Part shown: piece after piece, positions 50,725 to 61,010 of the stretch
How the letters are laid out: each line of letters starts with the position of its first letter
Position numbering within the stretch: the first letter of the stretch is position 1
Assembly: GCA_046706745.1 (NCBI GenBank)
Contig: JBJKPC010000034.1
Span: 18,263 to 82,262, forward strand
Reading direction: 5' to 3'
Length of the DNA stretch: 64,000 nucleotides
Source of the DNA: Candidatus Kryptoniota bacterium
Lineage (GTDB): Bacteria > Bacteroidota > Ignavibacteria > Kryptoniales > JAKASW01
Notes under the pieces: generated by a model
The model's database searches: none
What the model was told of the DNA's origin: nothing
Seen by the model: only the letters and a program-made list of their open reading frames with translations
Position numbers and translations under genes: made by a program

Positions 50725-51423
50725 TTACTGACTTCTCCACGGCGAATCTACTGTCAATCCGATATTGAATATCAGTCCGCGATCACCCGATTCCCCTCCC
50801 ATGAGCGAATTGAATGTCCCGATCGCAAATCCAACTTTAGGGATCCACTTTGTCTGGTTGGGCTTTGTGAGGTTTATTTCGGCTCCGAGACTCCAGGTAC
50901 TTCTTGGATCTTCCAGGCTCAGCGGAATAAACTCTTTACCAATCAGCTCATGTCGATAGGTGAGGGTTGGAGTCACATAATCGTTAATCGGAAGGCTCAA
51001 CATGATCGGAAGTGTCGTGACGTGGAACATCGCCGATTCGTCGTAAACGTATCCTTTCATCAGGCCAAGTGAAATGATGGGCTTGCCTGCCGAGTTATCT
51101 AGATTTGTAAGCTGCCATTTCACATCGCCCCATATCGTGGCGTACGTGTTTTTGTTGCCCTGCGTAATGTCCCACGTATGCATTATTCCTCCATCCAGGC
51201 CTTTTGTAATGCCGATTCGGCCGTCAAGCGACAGGAGTTGAACAGGTGTCTCGCCGCTGCTTTGAGCGTCTTCCGCTCGAAGGTAAGAAGCTCCGATCGA
51301 GGCCTGCCCGCTATGAAGAGTTTTCGCCGTTCTGACCGAAGAGGCAATACATCCGAAGAAGAAACCACCGATGCCGACAACAACCAAAACGTCAAGCCAG
51401 CAAAGATTCCTTGACCGTTTCAT
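50725..51423 (-). CDS. Hypothetical lipoprotein / probable OM barrel-like protein
   Basis: Lipobox-like FFGC; SVRTAKTL..GQ..G; amphipathic strands. Confidence 0.6.
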   Translation of the reverse strand: MKRSRNLCWLDVLVVVGIGGFFFGCIASSVRTAKTLHSGQASIGASYLRAEDAQSSGETPVQLLSLDGRIGITKGLDGGIMHTWDITQGNKNTYATIWGDVKWQLTNLDNSAGKPIISLGLMKGYVYDESAMFHVTTLPIMLSLPINDYVTPTLTYRHELIGKEFIPLSLEDPRSTWSLGAEINLTKPNQTKWIPKVGFAIGTFNSLMGGESGDRGLIFNIGLTVDSPWRSQ

Positions 51424-51424
51424 T

Positions 51425-52024
51425 TCAACCTCCATTTGAAATTGTTTTCGATTTGGGATTAAGCATACCTAAAGCGATAGCCGACAGTGTATGAACCGCG
51501 ATGAGACTGTTGCCCAGAACACAGGTGAACATTATCAATGTCACCATCAGCCAGCTGGTCAACGACGCCAGGGTGCTTCCTGCTAATTCAGCAACCGCGA
51601 CAACTGCGAGTGCCGGAACGATACTCATCTTCAGGCGGTCGCCGGAAATCCGGCCGCTCTTCCTCGCGAGGTAAGCATCCAGCAATACTGCCAGCGCCGC
51701 ACCGCTTCCAAGGCCGGACGCCAACCGCATGGCGGAGCTCGGAACGATTATCCCAACGCGGCAAAGCGCCCAGTGGAAGGGAGCCAGCAGGGCAAAGAAA
51801 ATCATAACTACGAGAGCCGGCGAACCGACTGAATTCCACCTGGATCGTTTTTCCAACGCCGTAACAAGAGTGAAAGCGCAGAGAAAACCAAATTGCAGGC
51901 CCATGCAACGTGGACAGAGCGTTACAGCTTTGCCATCGATATACAGGAGTTCCGTCGGATTTTGGTGACAGATCAACCCGAAGAAAGGGCTCGTTATCTT
52001 GTCACAGATTGATTCCCAGTTCAT
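51425..52024 (-). CDS. DUF2085-like membrane protein
   Basis: ICHQ...LCPRCMG motif, R..SGL; 5-6 TM helices. Confidence 0.75.
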   Translation of the reverse strand: MNWESICDKITSPFFGLICHQNPTELLYIDGKAVTLCPRCMGLQFGFLCAFTLVTALEKRSRWNSVGSPALVVMIFFALLAPFHWALCRVGIIVPSSAMRLASGLGSGAALAVLLDAYLARKSGRISGDRLKMSIVPALAVVAVAELAGSTLASLTSWLMVTLIMFTCVLGNSLIAVHTLSAIALGMLNPKSKTISNGG

Positions 52025-52629
52025 CTTTCAAAATCCGGTCGACGTCGACATTCGCAAGTGTCTCATTCTCATTCATGATGTCAACTTACAGGAGATGCGG
52101 TCGTCGATTGTCAGAAAGATGTGCAGACTTCGTCAAGTCTCTGTCATGACGACCAACAGAGATGAAGAAGTTTTATTTGAAACGAGAAAACGGTTAGCAT
52201 CCATCGTCATAGGGGGTCCTTATGTTTAATGAGACTGCTCTAAAGTGAAGTCTTGATGCTCGATACCCGATTTATTGAGCTGGTCCAAAATTATCATGGC
52301 ACACTTCCACGTCCCGTTACAAGAATCCCGGTTTAGCCCCATTCTCCGACACAGACTCCTACCCGTTCCACGATACCTATAAAGCAGTTATTAGAGAAGG
52401 AGCCGAGTCAGTGTGGCTGGATCCGATGTCTGAAGAGGTTAGATTCCATGGCTCACTCGGTCACAGAATTACAGCTCAGGAGACCTTTTGTCCCTGTGAG
52501 GTTGCCAATACGCAGCCAGATCAGTAACTTGTAATCGGTGCATTCAGAGTAGGTCGATGATGAGGACCACCATATCTAGCGAGCAACCTCCGACATATCA
52601 ATCGATTGTGACTGAGAAGGGAATATCTA

Positions 52630-53358
52630 GTGAAGTTCTCGGTGGTGATACCGGTATTTAACGAAGAAGGCTACATCCAAACAGCTATACAAGCGGTTCA
52701 CTCGCAGACTCTGGAAAAAGAAGATACGATCGAAATTATCGTGGTCGATAACAATTCGAGTGATCGCACAGTCCAGAAGGCCCAATTAGCTCTCGGAAAC
52801 GGCAGAGGAAAAATCGTCTCTGAAGAAGAACAGGGTACAAACTATGCCCGACAGCGCGGCTTTTCCGAATCGACGGGCGAAGTAATTTGTTTTCTGGATG
52901 CAGACTGCTTATGCCCGAACGATTGGTTGCTAAACATAAAGCGCGAAATTGAAAGAGGGTTCGTCGGGGTAAGCGGACCATATTATTACGACTTCAAAGC
53001 ATGGTACAAGATTGTCCTCAATCTTCTATATGCATGGATAGTACTCCCATCTATCCCGCGCATCCTGCAGTTCGTTTTCAGGCGCAAGGCCGCAGTCATG
53101 CTGGGAGGCAATATCGCCGTTACACGCGAGGCACTGCACACGATTGGCGGCGTTCCCCCGGTCAAGTTTTGGGGTGACGACGCGACGATCGCCACAACGC
53201 TCGCACGAAAAGCCGGAAAGGTTAAGTTCACCAGAAAGGTCTGGGTTGAAACTTCATCCAGACGTTACCACAAAAGTGGATTTTGGTCCGTGAACTGGAA
53301 ATATACCAAGTTTTACTTCCGCACTTATTTTTCAAGGGATGACGAAAAGCCCCGTTGA
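52630..53358 (+). CDS. Glycosyltransferase family 2
   Basis: SVVIPVFNEE, IIVVDNNSSD, FLDAD, TSSRR. Confidence 0.93.
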   Translation: MKFSVVIPVFNEEGYIQTAIQAVHSQTLEKEDTIEIIVVDNNSSDRTVQKAQLALGNGRGKIVSEEEQGTNYARQRGFSESTGEVICFLDADCLCPNDWLLNIKREIERGFVGVSGPYYYDFKAWYKIVLNLLYAWIVLPSIPRILQFVFRRKAAVMLGGNIAVTREALHTIGGVPPVKFWGDDATIATTLARKAGKVKFTRKVWVETSSRRYHKSGFWSVNWKYTKFYFRTYFSRDDEKPR

Positions 53359-53742
53359 ATCCACCCCACCAGATATCGGTGGCCGCGCCCATGAATTATC
53401 TGCCTACGATGCGCTGCCCCAGACCGAGTAATTGTCGCTCAATTTACTGCAATCGTATCTACTTGAATTACGATCCACCTCAGCTCGTATCTTCTTTCCC
53501 TTTAGATGATACTGCCTTCATACCCCGGTTCTGGCAATCATTGAAATTAGCCTCCGGACAATTTATGTCGCAAGTTCCTTCGCCGCGAACCCGGTTCTTC
53601 GGACAGGCGGCGGGGAGTGATACCCGTACCTCTCATCCGTACGAGTCCGCCTAGGCAGGAGCGGTCTGAGTCATTTCACTTCCTTCGAAACAGGTTGCAC
53701 ATCGGCGATGAGAAATTCGAAGGTATAATCTAGAGTCTTCCC

Positions 53743-54279
53743 TCAGTACTGAATGGGCATTTCGATGCTGAATGTCTTCCCTCTCGATTTCAGTATCGCA
53801 TCCCTGCGCTCAGGGTTATTGAAGTCAAGCGTCGGAAATAGATCTGTCTCGCCCCAGCCGCCAGGATGTGAATAGTAGATTCCATAATATTCCTCACGCC
53901 GGCAAACGTTGTCAACCGTCAACATCAATTAACCGATAGATGCACCCGGACGGATTGACGTCGGCAGATGAGGCTCATTCCGATCCAGGTGCGCGACCCC
54001 CGCGTGCATAATCTTCTCAGCTTTCCCGAACTCGACGATAGTAGCTCTATCCCGGAGAAGCTTCATCACGTTATTTGTATTGTCCAGAAGTGTGAAGTCG
54101 ATCTCCTTATTAGAAACCCGGAAAGATACCGCACTCTTGTCGTCTTGGCATTGCATTCGGTTTGCCGAATGGGACTTTATCAGTTTGTAGGAGTACTGGT
54201 ACCTGGTCCCCATGCTCAGCGTCATACAAGCCGACAAAGCCAGAAGTGAAAGAACCGGGAGAAGTACTTTGTATTTCAT
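53743..54279 (-). pseudogene. Hypothetical lipoprotein interrupted by an in-frame TAA
   Basis: MKYKVLLPVLSLLALSAC lipobox; ORFs 53929..54309 and 53743..53928 abut in the same frame. Confidence 0.55.
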
Positions 54280-54945
54280 TTGACCGAGCCCCCCAACTTG
54301 ATAGTCCATGCCTGCCCCGATGCGCGATCTTATGACAGGGTACCTTGATCGTATTGTGTTCGCACCTTCCTCTGCTCGACCACATATTCAAAGAAACGCA
54401 ATACCGTCCCGTTACCTTCATGTCCGGACTGAAGTGAGGTCCTCGTCCCAATCCGGTCTGGCACCCGCAAACTTTTCGGTTGAGTACCCTTTTGCTTTGG
54501 ACAGTCATTTGTGCCGTCAGCCTGAATCCGATGCTGATGTTCCCATCGGAACATCGCCCTGGAATATGTCTGAGACAAGCCATGTCATTACAGGGCTTCG
54601 CGGTCCCGATCTCCGTGGTTAGAGTATAGGCCTTCCCTCGCATACCCGTTCTTCGTGTTTAAGTAAGGTTAGGAAATGACCTGGATAATTGCAGATTGCG
54701 CGGCATAACACATATTTCCGGCCGCCACGTGTCCCACAGTAAAGGCATTCTTTGACGGCTCGGCACTCATGAAATGGTATTTTGGCGGGGGGCACTTTTC
54801 AGTCAGGCAAGTCTCTTACTCCGACCATTCGAAAATCATCGCGTTTATCGTATGGCTCCATACCGACGGTCTTAGCGCCGAATCAGATTGAACTTTCAAG
54901 CAAGCAAAGCAGTCTAAACAGGAAAAGAGAAAGAGGGCAGTTACT

Positions 54946-55302
54946 TTGAAATCCGCAGCGTCCGTTCTTACTCTGATTGTGTTGACCGCGTTCAACTTGT
55001 CGGGCTGCTATACGGTATTCGTGAGCTCCCCTGCCACATCTTTGCCGCCCCCGATACCGAACCAGAGATACCATCACATTCGCAGCCAAATGCCAGGCTA
55101 CATACCGCCACCACAACCTTATGTTCAGCCGGCTGCTTTGTACGACCAGCCATCAGCTGTCAGGCAGACAGTACCGGGATACGTGGCCCCGCCTCAGCCG
55201 CAGGCCAACCCGACCCCCGCGCAGCAGCCTCGGGTTCGCACTCAGTCGCCCAATCCCACTAGTCCGCCTCGAAAAGCTGCGCCTTCAAGGACAAGGAAGT
55301 AG
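54946..55302 (+). CDS. Small Pro/Gln-rich lipoprotein
   Basis: LSGC lipobox followed by YT and a low-complexity tail. Confidence 0.5.
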   Translation: MKSAASVLTLIVLTAFNLSGCYTVFVSSPATSLPPPIPNQRYHHIRSQMPGYIPPPQPYVQPAALYDQPSAVRQTVPGYVAPPQPQANPTPAQQPRVRTQSPNPTSPPRKAAPSRTRK

Positions 55303-55464
55303 TATGGAACGCAACGGCGACAACCGCAGAAACGAAAGCCGGTGACGAACTGCGAATTACAAGTATTCTAAGAAGGCTTGTCTGACAGCGGATTACACAA
55401 CCGCGTATATACTCGAGAAATTTAGCCGAATAAACTTCATTGCCAACATCGATAGGAATTTACT

Positions 55465-56556
55465 ATGACAACACGACACGGAGCGCTGAAAACGAAGAGT
55501 ATTATGTTTCTACTCTCTTTGCCTCTTTTCGTCGCATACTCAACGGCTTTTGGACAGACTGCCGATAGCCTTTTTGACTTCTCCGAAGATGTCAGACTCT
55601 TCACAGCCTATGCTATGATGAATGCAGCAGGAAACGGTGGCGAATGGCGTACTGCAGGAATGGATCCAATTAGAATCCAGTTGCGAGCCGATCTCGCAGG
55701 CTGCCTTGACACCGCCTTTCAATCGAAGATCAGAGCCTTTAATCGGAGTCACGGAAGAGTCTTGGAGACTTACGAAGCTGCTCTCTTGACTGCCGGGCCG
55801 CCCGACTTTGGGTGGAGCTACAACCGACAAAACACCGGGGAAATCGCGGAGATAGCGTTCGCAGATTCAACTTTCCCGGCGCTTCTGGCGGAATTCTACA
55901 GAACAGCAAACGTGGCTCAACTATGGAAAGAATACCGCCCGCTGATCCAGGCAAAGAACGATGAATACAGACCATTCGCGGACAAGGCAATGGATGATAT
56001 CATATCATACTGCCGGCTCGACTCGAATTACTTTTATTCAGACAGCAGAATGATCCATTTTGAATTCATGCCACTCCTCCCATATTTCATCTCTATGACC
56101 GCATGGGTAAACGGTCAAGTTTACTTCATTGTAGGTCCGCAGGAAGAGAGGCCCGACCAGTCGATATTCTACTACCTTCTTCTGAACCGCGTGACCTTTC
56201 CACTTGCGAGAAAGGATTCTGAAGACGTGCAGAGGCTCGCCGGCCTGTTTGACGCGGTGAAGTCAAAGATCGAAATCAGAGAAGGCAACTGGAGAAGGCT
56301 TGTCGCAGAATGCTTCTCCGAGGCGATGGACATAAGATTGCAGAAAAGACTCTATGGCCTGGACGACTCTACCGTCCAGACGTCACTTGCTGCCGAGTAC
56401 AAGTATGGTTATATACTTTGCCCGGCAATTTACGGTGAGCTTGGGAAATATGAGAGTTCAGGGATCAGTATCAGTGAATACTTCCCAAGAATTTTGCGGT
56501 CAATTGATTACAAGCGAGAAGTCAAAGAGTGGAACGACTTCTGGTCCAGACAGTAG
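55465..56556 (+). CDS. Secreted hypothetical protein (DUF4932-like, helical)
   Basis: Signal ending AFG-Q; LAEFYR, E.FP.IL pattern; no intact HExxH seen. Confidence 0.65.
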   Translation: MTTRHGALKTKSIMFLLSLPLFVAYSTAFGQTADSLFDFSEDVRLFTAYAMMNAAGNGGEWRTAGMDPIRIQLRADLAGCLDTAFQSKIRAFNRSHGRVLETYEAALLTAGPPDFGWSYNRQNTGEIAEIAFADSTFPALLAEFYRTANVAQLWKEYRPLIQAKNDEYRPFADKAMDDIISYCRLDSNYFYSDSRMIHFEFMPLLPYFISMTAWVNGQVYFIVGPQEERPDQSIFYYLLLNRVTFPLARKDSEDVQRLAGLFDAVKSKIEIREGNWRRLVAECFSEAMDIRLQKRLYGLDDSTVQTSLAAEYKYGYILCPAIYGELGKYESSGISISEYFPRILRSIDYKREVKEWNDFWSRQ

Positions 56557-56815
56557 GACATGAACCACGGGCATCCTGAACACGGAAACAATACATCTCT
56601 AACGCAGCCTTTTGTCTCAAAGATATTCTGACTGCGAGATAATCTACGCCGTATACAGGGATCAACCAATTTCAGCTCAACGTGGACACTTCTCTTTAGC
56701 CCCTGTAAATGTTTACCGCGTTTCCACAGACACTTGCAGCGTTTTGGTTGCTGCGGTACAAGTTGGCATGGAGCGGCAACAGCAACGTTCGCATCCGGTG
56801 GCTCAAATTGAATAG

Positions 56816-56843
56816 TCCCGTCACGCTTGCGCATGACGGGACC
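56816..56843. terminator. Hairpin between convergent genes
   Basis: GTCCCGTCA-cgcttgcgca-TGACGGGAC. Confidence 0.4.
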
Positions 56844-56925
56844 AAATTGAACTATGTCGCGAATTCTTGATCTAGCTCCGGTTCGCCATGAAGGCCGGCG
56901 GATCCCTGTTGAATTGACCTCGTGG

Positions 56926-59900
56926 TCACTTTATAAGCACCATCTTCTTTACCAAGATATAGCTTCCTGCCGTAAGCCGATAAAAATAGACTCCGCTGGC
57001 CAGCCTAGAGGCATCAAATGTGACGGAGTACCTTCCCGGAGTCTTGTTTCCGTTCGCTAATGTAGCCACCTGCTGTCCGAGCACGTTATAGATTTTTAGT
57101 GTCACATGTGTCGCCGTTGGGAGAATGTAGCTTATCGTCGTAGTAGGATTGAACGGGTTCGGAAAGTTTTGGCTAAGCTCAAACGAAACGGGCTTCCCTG
57201 CCTCGTTTCCTTTTATGCCGGTGGCGATGCCGGGTACTTCCAGTATGCTCCAGCCCATGTCGTTGCCTTTATGAATCTCCGTCATCGTATGCAGCGGATT
57301 TAGCAGGCCCCATACATGCACGTAGTTGCCTGCGTAAATAAACCTGCTGTTAACCTTGCTCGGTGCTATCCATTTAAAGGACAGTATCTGCGAACCTCTG
57401 GCAGGTATGATGCCAGGAGTTGAGAAGACGGTATCGCCGTTTATGCTTCGGATGATAGTGCCGCCATTGTGGGGGTCGCCAATGTAAAAACTCACCGCGA
57501 CCGAGGTGTCGGTCGGTACAAGGCTGTAATTATGAATCCGAACAGTAGTGGTAACCGTGTCGCCCGGTGCGGGATTCTGGGGACTGCAGTAAATTTCTTT
57601 CGTCTGATAAATCTTCTGCGGGCTCTCAACAGTGAACCCCTCCTGAGGCCAGTGAAGGTACGGAAGAGCAAAGGCAGGGTCGGGTGCCGCCCCGTAGTAC
57701 TTCTGCCACCAGGTTGGAGTGCCTCCCGGGCCGGATACCTGCGGCTCGACAGCGTAGTCTACCACCAGAGCGCCGCTCTTGCCCCAATACGCGTAAGGTA
57801 TCACCGTGTACTCATCCTCGCCGATGGAGGTGTTCAGAGAACCAAAGTTTACAGAGAGGTCCAATTCATTCGTGACCGTCGAAGTGTGAGACACAAGATC
57901 TGAGTTGCTGTAATTTCCGCTGACGCTGGCTTTGACGGAAGCTCCGAAACCGCCAAACTCGCCTCCGACCTCAAGGCTTGCCGAGACGTTAAGGCCGAAC
58001 GTCTTGGTGGTGTCCGCTTCATCGCTAGTGAAATCCTGTGTCGACAAGCTCCAGCCATAGCTGCCTGTGCCAAGCTGGAAGCCGGTAGACATAGACCCTT
58101 TGACAAGCTGAAGGAGGTAAGGGTTGTTCTGGAGCGAGTCGGAATAAGTGCGATAGGAGAGAATATTGCCGACGACATGGTCGGGCACAAATGAATACGC
58201 GGTCCAGCTGTCCGTATCGAACCACTCCCCGAGCGGCGGATCTGGAACGGTAACTAGCACATGGCCTTTCACCTGGCCGCTGTCCAGAACCGGGTATTCC
58301 CAAATATCATATCCGTTTACGAGAGCGTAAATTTTGTCATCCTCTTCGGCATTGACGTTAATCGTGACGGACGTTTGATAGGAAGAGCTCTGCACCTTGC
58401 TGAAGTTCTGACCATACTGAGCGTCGAGACTAGCGCTGACTTTCACCGCTTCGTAACTGAAATCGGCGGACAGCGACGCATCTATGCCCCACGACGAGTT
58501 CAGCGTTGTTTGCATCTCATCCGTATTGGTAGTTTGCTTCGTGTATGACGCGACGAAACTCCCGCTGTTGCTGCCGCCGTTGAAAACATTGCAAATGTCG
58601 TATGAAGTATCGTTGAATACATCGAAGTGAACGGGAGGTGCATTCAATATTACCAGCGGTTGAAAGACGCTGTCCACATGAAAATATGTGGGCGTGCCGA
58701 GCGTTAGGTCGCTCCCGTCGAAATCTCCGAGCGCCAGAGAATAATGACGACGGAATTCGGGACTGTTGCTGGTCGTTTCGGACATCAACCCGGTTGCAGT
58801 GGCTTCCTGCGCGAGATTGAAGGAGCTGTTGGTCGAACCAAGTACGGTAACATCCAGTGACTGGGATGCAGTGGTCGCATTTTCACTGTACACATCTCGC
58901 ATAACTACTATCTCGTCCTTCCGGCTCTGGTCAAGGTCGGCCACTTTCAGGAAGGTGTTTGAGTATTTGAAATTGGCCGTGTCGAGATCGTTACCGCCCT
59001 GGACGGGCGTTGAATAGGAGACGGTATTGTACTCCAGAACCGGAGCCAAACCTTGCCCGCTTGCAGATGCACTGAAGATTGCGACGTCGTTCCATTCACC
59101 CAGTACGATCTGGTCTGTCCCGGTCCCGTTGAGATCGCCGCACGCAAGGCTGAGTTGAGGCGAGCGCTGGATTCCTATATTATCGGCGTAGTTCGTATTG
59201 AAAGACGGCAGGCGTTGACTGCTTGGGATGTAGACATTATTGAGGCTGGAATCAGTGGCCGCTATATATACGTCCGCAAAAATGTAGTCCGTTAATGGCC
59301 CTGTTCCCCCGTTGCCGAGCGCGATTACGGCCTCGTCACGACCGTTTCCGGTAAGATCGCCGGTAGCCATTACTAATTCCGCCGGCGGAACGTAAATGCT
59401 GGAATAGATATTTGAATAATACTGGAAGTCAGATTCTCCCTTAGGAATGATAGTATAGCTGCTGTCCACGTCGTAGAACTTTGCATACATGGTCGTTGTG
59501 TCTGACGGACTGGTAGGGGGCTTGAACCCTGACAGCGCAATTTGGTCGCGCCCGTTCCCGGCAAAGTCGCCTGTTGCCAGTCCGATCAAGGACATATAAG
59601 CCGGCGACGTGCTCACGGGCATGTCGGAAATCGATCCGAGCAGCGCAAGGTGAGAAGATGCCGATGCGCTCCAGCCGTAGATCGCGATGTGGATTTTGTT
59701 GTCGGTGGTGTCGTGCCAGGCGACGACAAGTTCTTTCCGGCCGTTGCCCTGGAGATCGCCGAGGCATGCAGATATTTTTCCGTCGTAGGAGGAAGCAGCC
59801 GACGGGACATAACCGACAAGCGTGCCAGTGACCGGACCGCTCTGGAATGTCAGGTTGCTTGCGTCGACTTGTTGGGCAGAGGCGAACACGGCGTGATTTG

Positions 59901-60372
59901 AAGTTTCCCAGACGGATACCACATCCGCGTAACCGTCGCCGCTCATGTCTCCGGCGAGAACGACCGGGTTTTTGTTTCCGGAAATCGCGGGGTACTCCGC
60001 GCTGTTCGCGGCGTTCACCACCGTGTCGCCGGAAAGCGTCCCGTCGGTGTGGAGTTTTTGGCTTACAGGCAATCCGGAATTGTTCAGGTAATTCATAATC
60101 TGGTAATGGTATGCGTCATAGCTGCCGTTTGTTCCCTGAGGAGGTTCACTCCAAAAAAGGAGGAGCTGATCAGCCGCGGCAATGGTGTGAGTCCCGGCGA
60201 GCGGGCCGCCAGGATTGCTTGCAGAAAATATCCTGTTTAGATGAACAGGTGTCGGCTCGGTTGCGGTGCGCATGATCGGTCTCTGCTGTGCACTGCACAC
60301 TCCCGTGACCGCGAAGAGAACCGCGAACCGCAGAAACAGTTTGTGTGCACGTAGTGAATTGGTACTTCTCAT
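56926..60372 (-). CDS. Large T9SS cargo, paralog of 20796..24194
   Basis: Shared TIAA.DQLLLFWSEPP, QPLVILNAPPV.FD, DIWEYPV, PDHVVGN.LSY, GGEFGGFGASV; FG-GAP motifs; CTD. Confidence 0.9.
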   Translation of the reverse strand: MRSTNSLRAHKLFLRFAVLFAVTGVCSAQQRPIMRTATEPTPVHLNRIFSASNPGGPLAGTHTIAAADQLLLFWSEPPQGTNGSYDAYHYQIMNYLNNSGLPVSQKLHTDGTLSGDTVVNAANSAEYPAISGNKNPVVLAGDMSGDGYADVVSVWETSNHAVFASAQQVDASNLTFQSGPVTGTLVGYVPSAASSYDGKISACLGDLQGNGRKELVVAWHDTTDNKIHIAIYGWSASASSHLALLGSISDMPVSTSPAYMSLIGLATGDFAGNGRDQIALSGFKPPTSPSDTTTMYAKFYDVDSSYTIIPKGESDFQYYSNIYSSIYVPPAELVMATGDLTGNGRDEAVIALGNGGTGPLTDYIFADVYIAATDSSLNNVYIPSSQRLPSFNTNYADNIGIQRSPQLSLACGDLNGTGTDQIVLGEWNDVAIFSASASGQGLAPVLEYNTVSYSTPVQGGNDLDTANFKYSNTFLKVADLDQSRKDEIVVMRDVYSENATTASQSLDVTVLGSTNSSFNLAQEATATGLMSETTSNSPEFRRHYSLALGDFDGSDLTLGTPTYFHVDSVFQPLVILNAPPVHFDVFNDTSYDICNVFNGGSNSGSFVASYTKQTTNTDEMQTTLNSSWGIDASLSADFSYEAVKVSASLDAQYGQNFSKVQSSSYQTSVTINVNAEEDDKIYALVNGYDIWEYPVLDSGQVKGHVLVTVPDPPLGEWFDTDSWTAYSFVPDHVVGNILSYRTYSDSLQNNPYLLQLVKGSMSTGFQLGTGSYGWSLSTQDFTSDEADTTKTFGLNVSASLEVGGEFGGFGASVKASVSGNYSNSDLVSHTSTVTNELDLSVNFGSLNTSIGEDEYTVIPYAYWGKSGALVVDYAVEPQVSGPGGTPTWWQKYYGAAPDPAFALPYLHWPQEGFTVESPQKIYQTKEIYCSPQNPAPGDTVTTTVRIHNYSLVPTDTSVAVSFYIGDPHNGGTIIRSINGDTVFSTPGIIPARGSQILSFKWIAPSKVNSRFIYAGNYVHVWGLLNPLHTMTEIHKGNDMGWSILEVPGIATGIKGNEAGKPVSFELSQNFPNPFNPTTTISYILPTATHVTLKIYNVLGQQVATLANGNKTPGRYSVTFDASRLASGVYFYRLTAGSYILVKKMVLIK

Positions 60373-61010
60373 TCGATTATCCGTCCTCTATACAAATTAG
60401 CCGTATCCCCCGTTCCGGGTCGTCAATCTCCGCCGAGTCAGGTACGTAAGGATAACGATGGCTGCGTAGTTGATTTGAAATTCCGATTTTGCTGCCGCGG
60501 GACCCATTGGCGGGAGCCAGTCTGATCACCCGCTTCGTAGTTCGGCGCGTCCAAAACTGATAACACCGTTTGTTGAGTTCTCCAGTGATGTCACTGTTCC
60601 GGTTCCAGGCGAAGGACAGACAGGAGCGCCGTGAATCTTTCAATGACCGCCGCATATTCAGTTATCGGCTGCCCGTCTATTCCTGGCCTCATAGAAGCGC
60701 AACAGATAAGTCGGGCGCCCGGTTCCCGACTAATGCGCGCAAAAACACATAGAATCAGCATTGCACATTTCGGACCGGGTAGTTCCGTCATTCCGGATTT
60801 AACTTACTCGAGAAGTCTTTTCTTGATTCGAAGCTTGCGGTTGAGAAACCTTCCTGGACTCTCGCGTTTCCTTGATCGGAGATCGTGCAAGTCCAGGTAT
60901 CTTCCTTGATCACAAGACGACTAAAGCCAGCATTGAGATCACGTGGATTTTACCCAGATTTAGATTCTCAAAGACGGTAAGCTTCCTCTGAGTCAGCCAA
61001 GCCGCTTTTT

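Noticed and set aside
53929-53931. Stop-codon recoding or alternative genetic code
   Set aside because: TAA, TAG and TGA all terminate intact genes in this window; an isolated nonsense mutation is simpler.
50700-56900. Integron cassette array
   Set aside because: Genes are in mixed orientations, no paired RYYYAAC/GTTRRRY attC hairpins were found, and there is no integrase.
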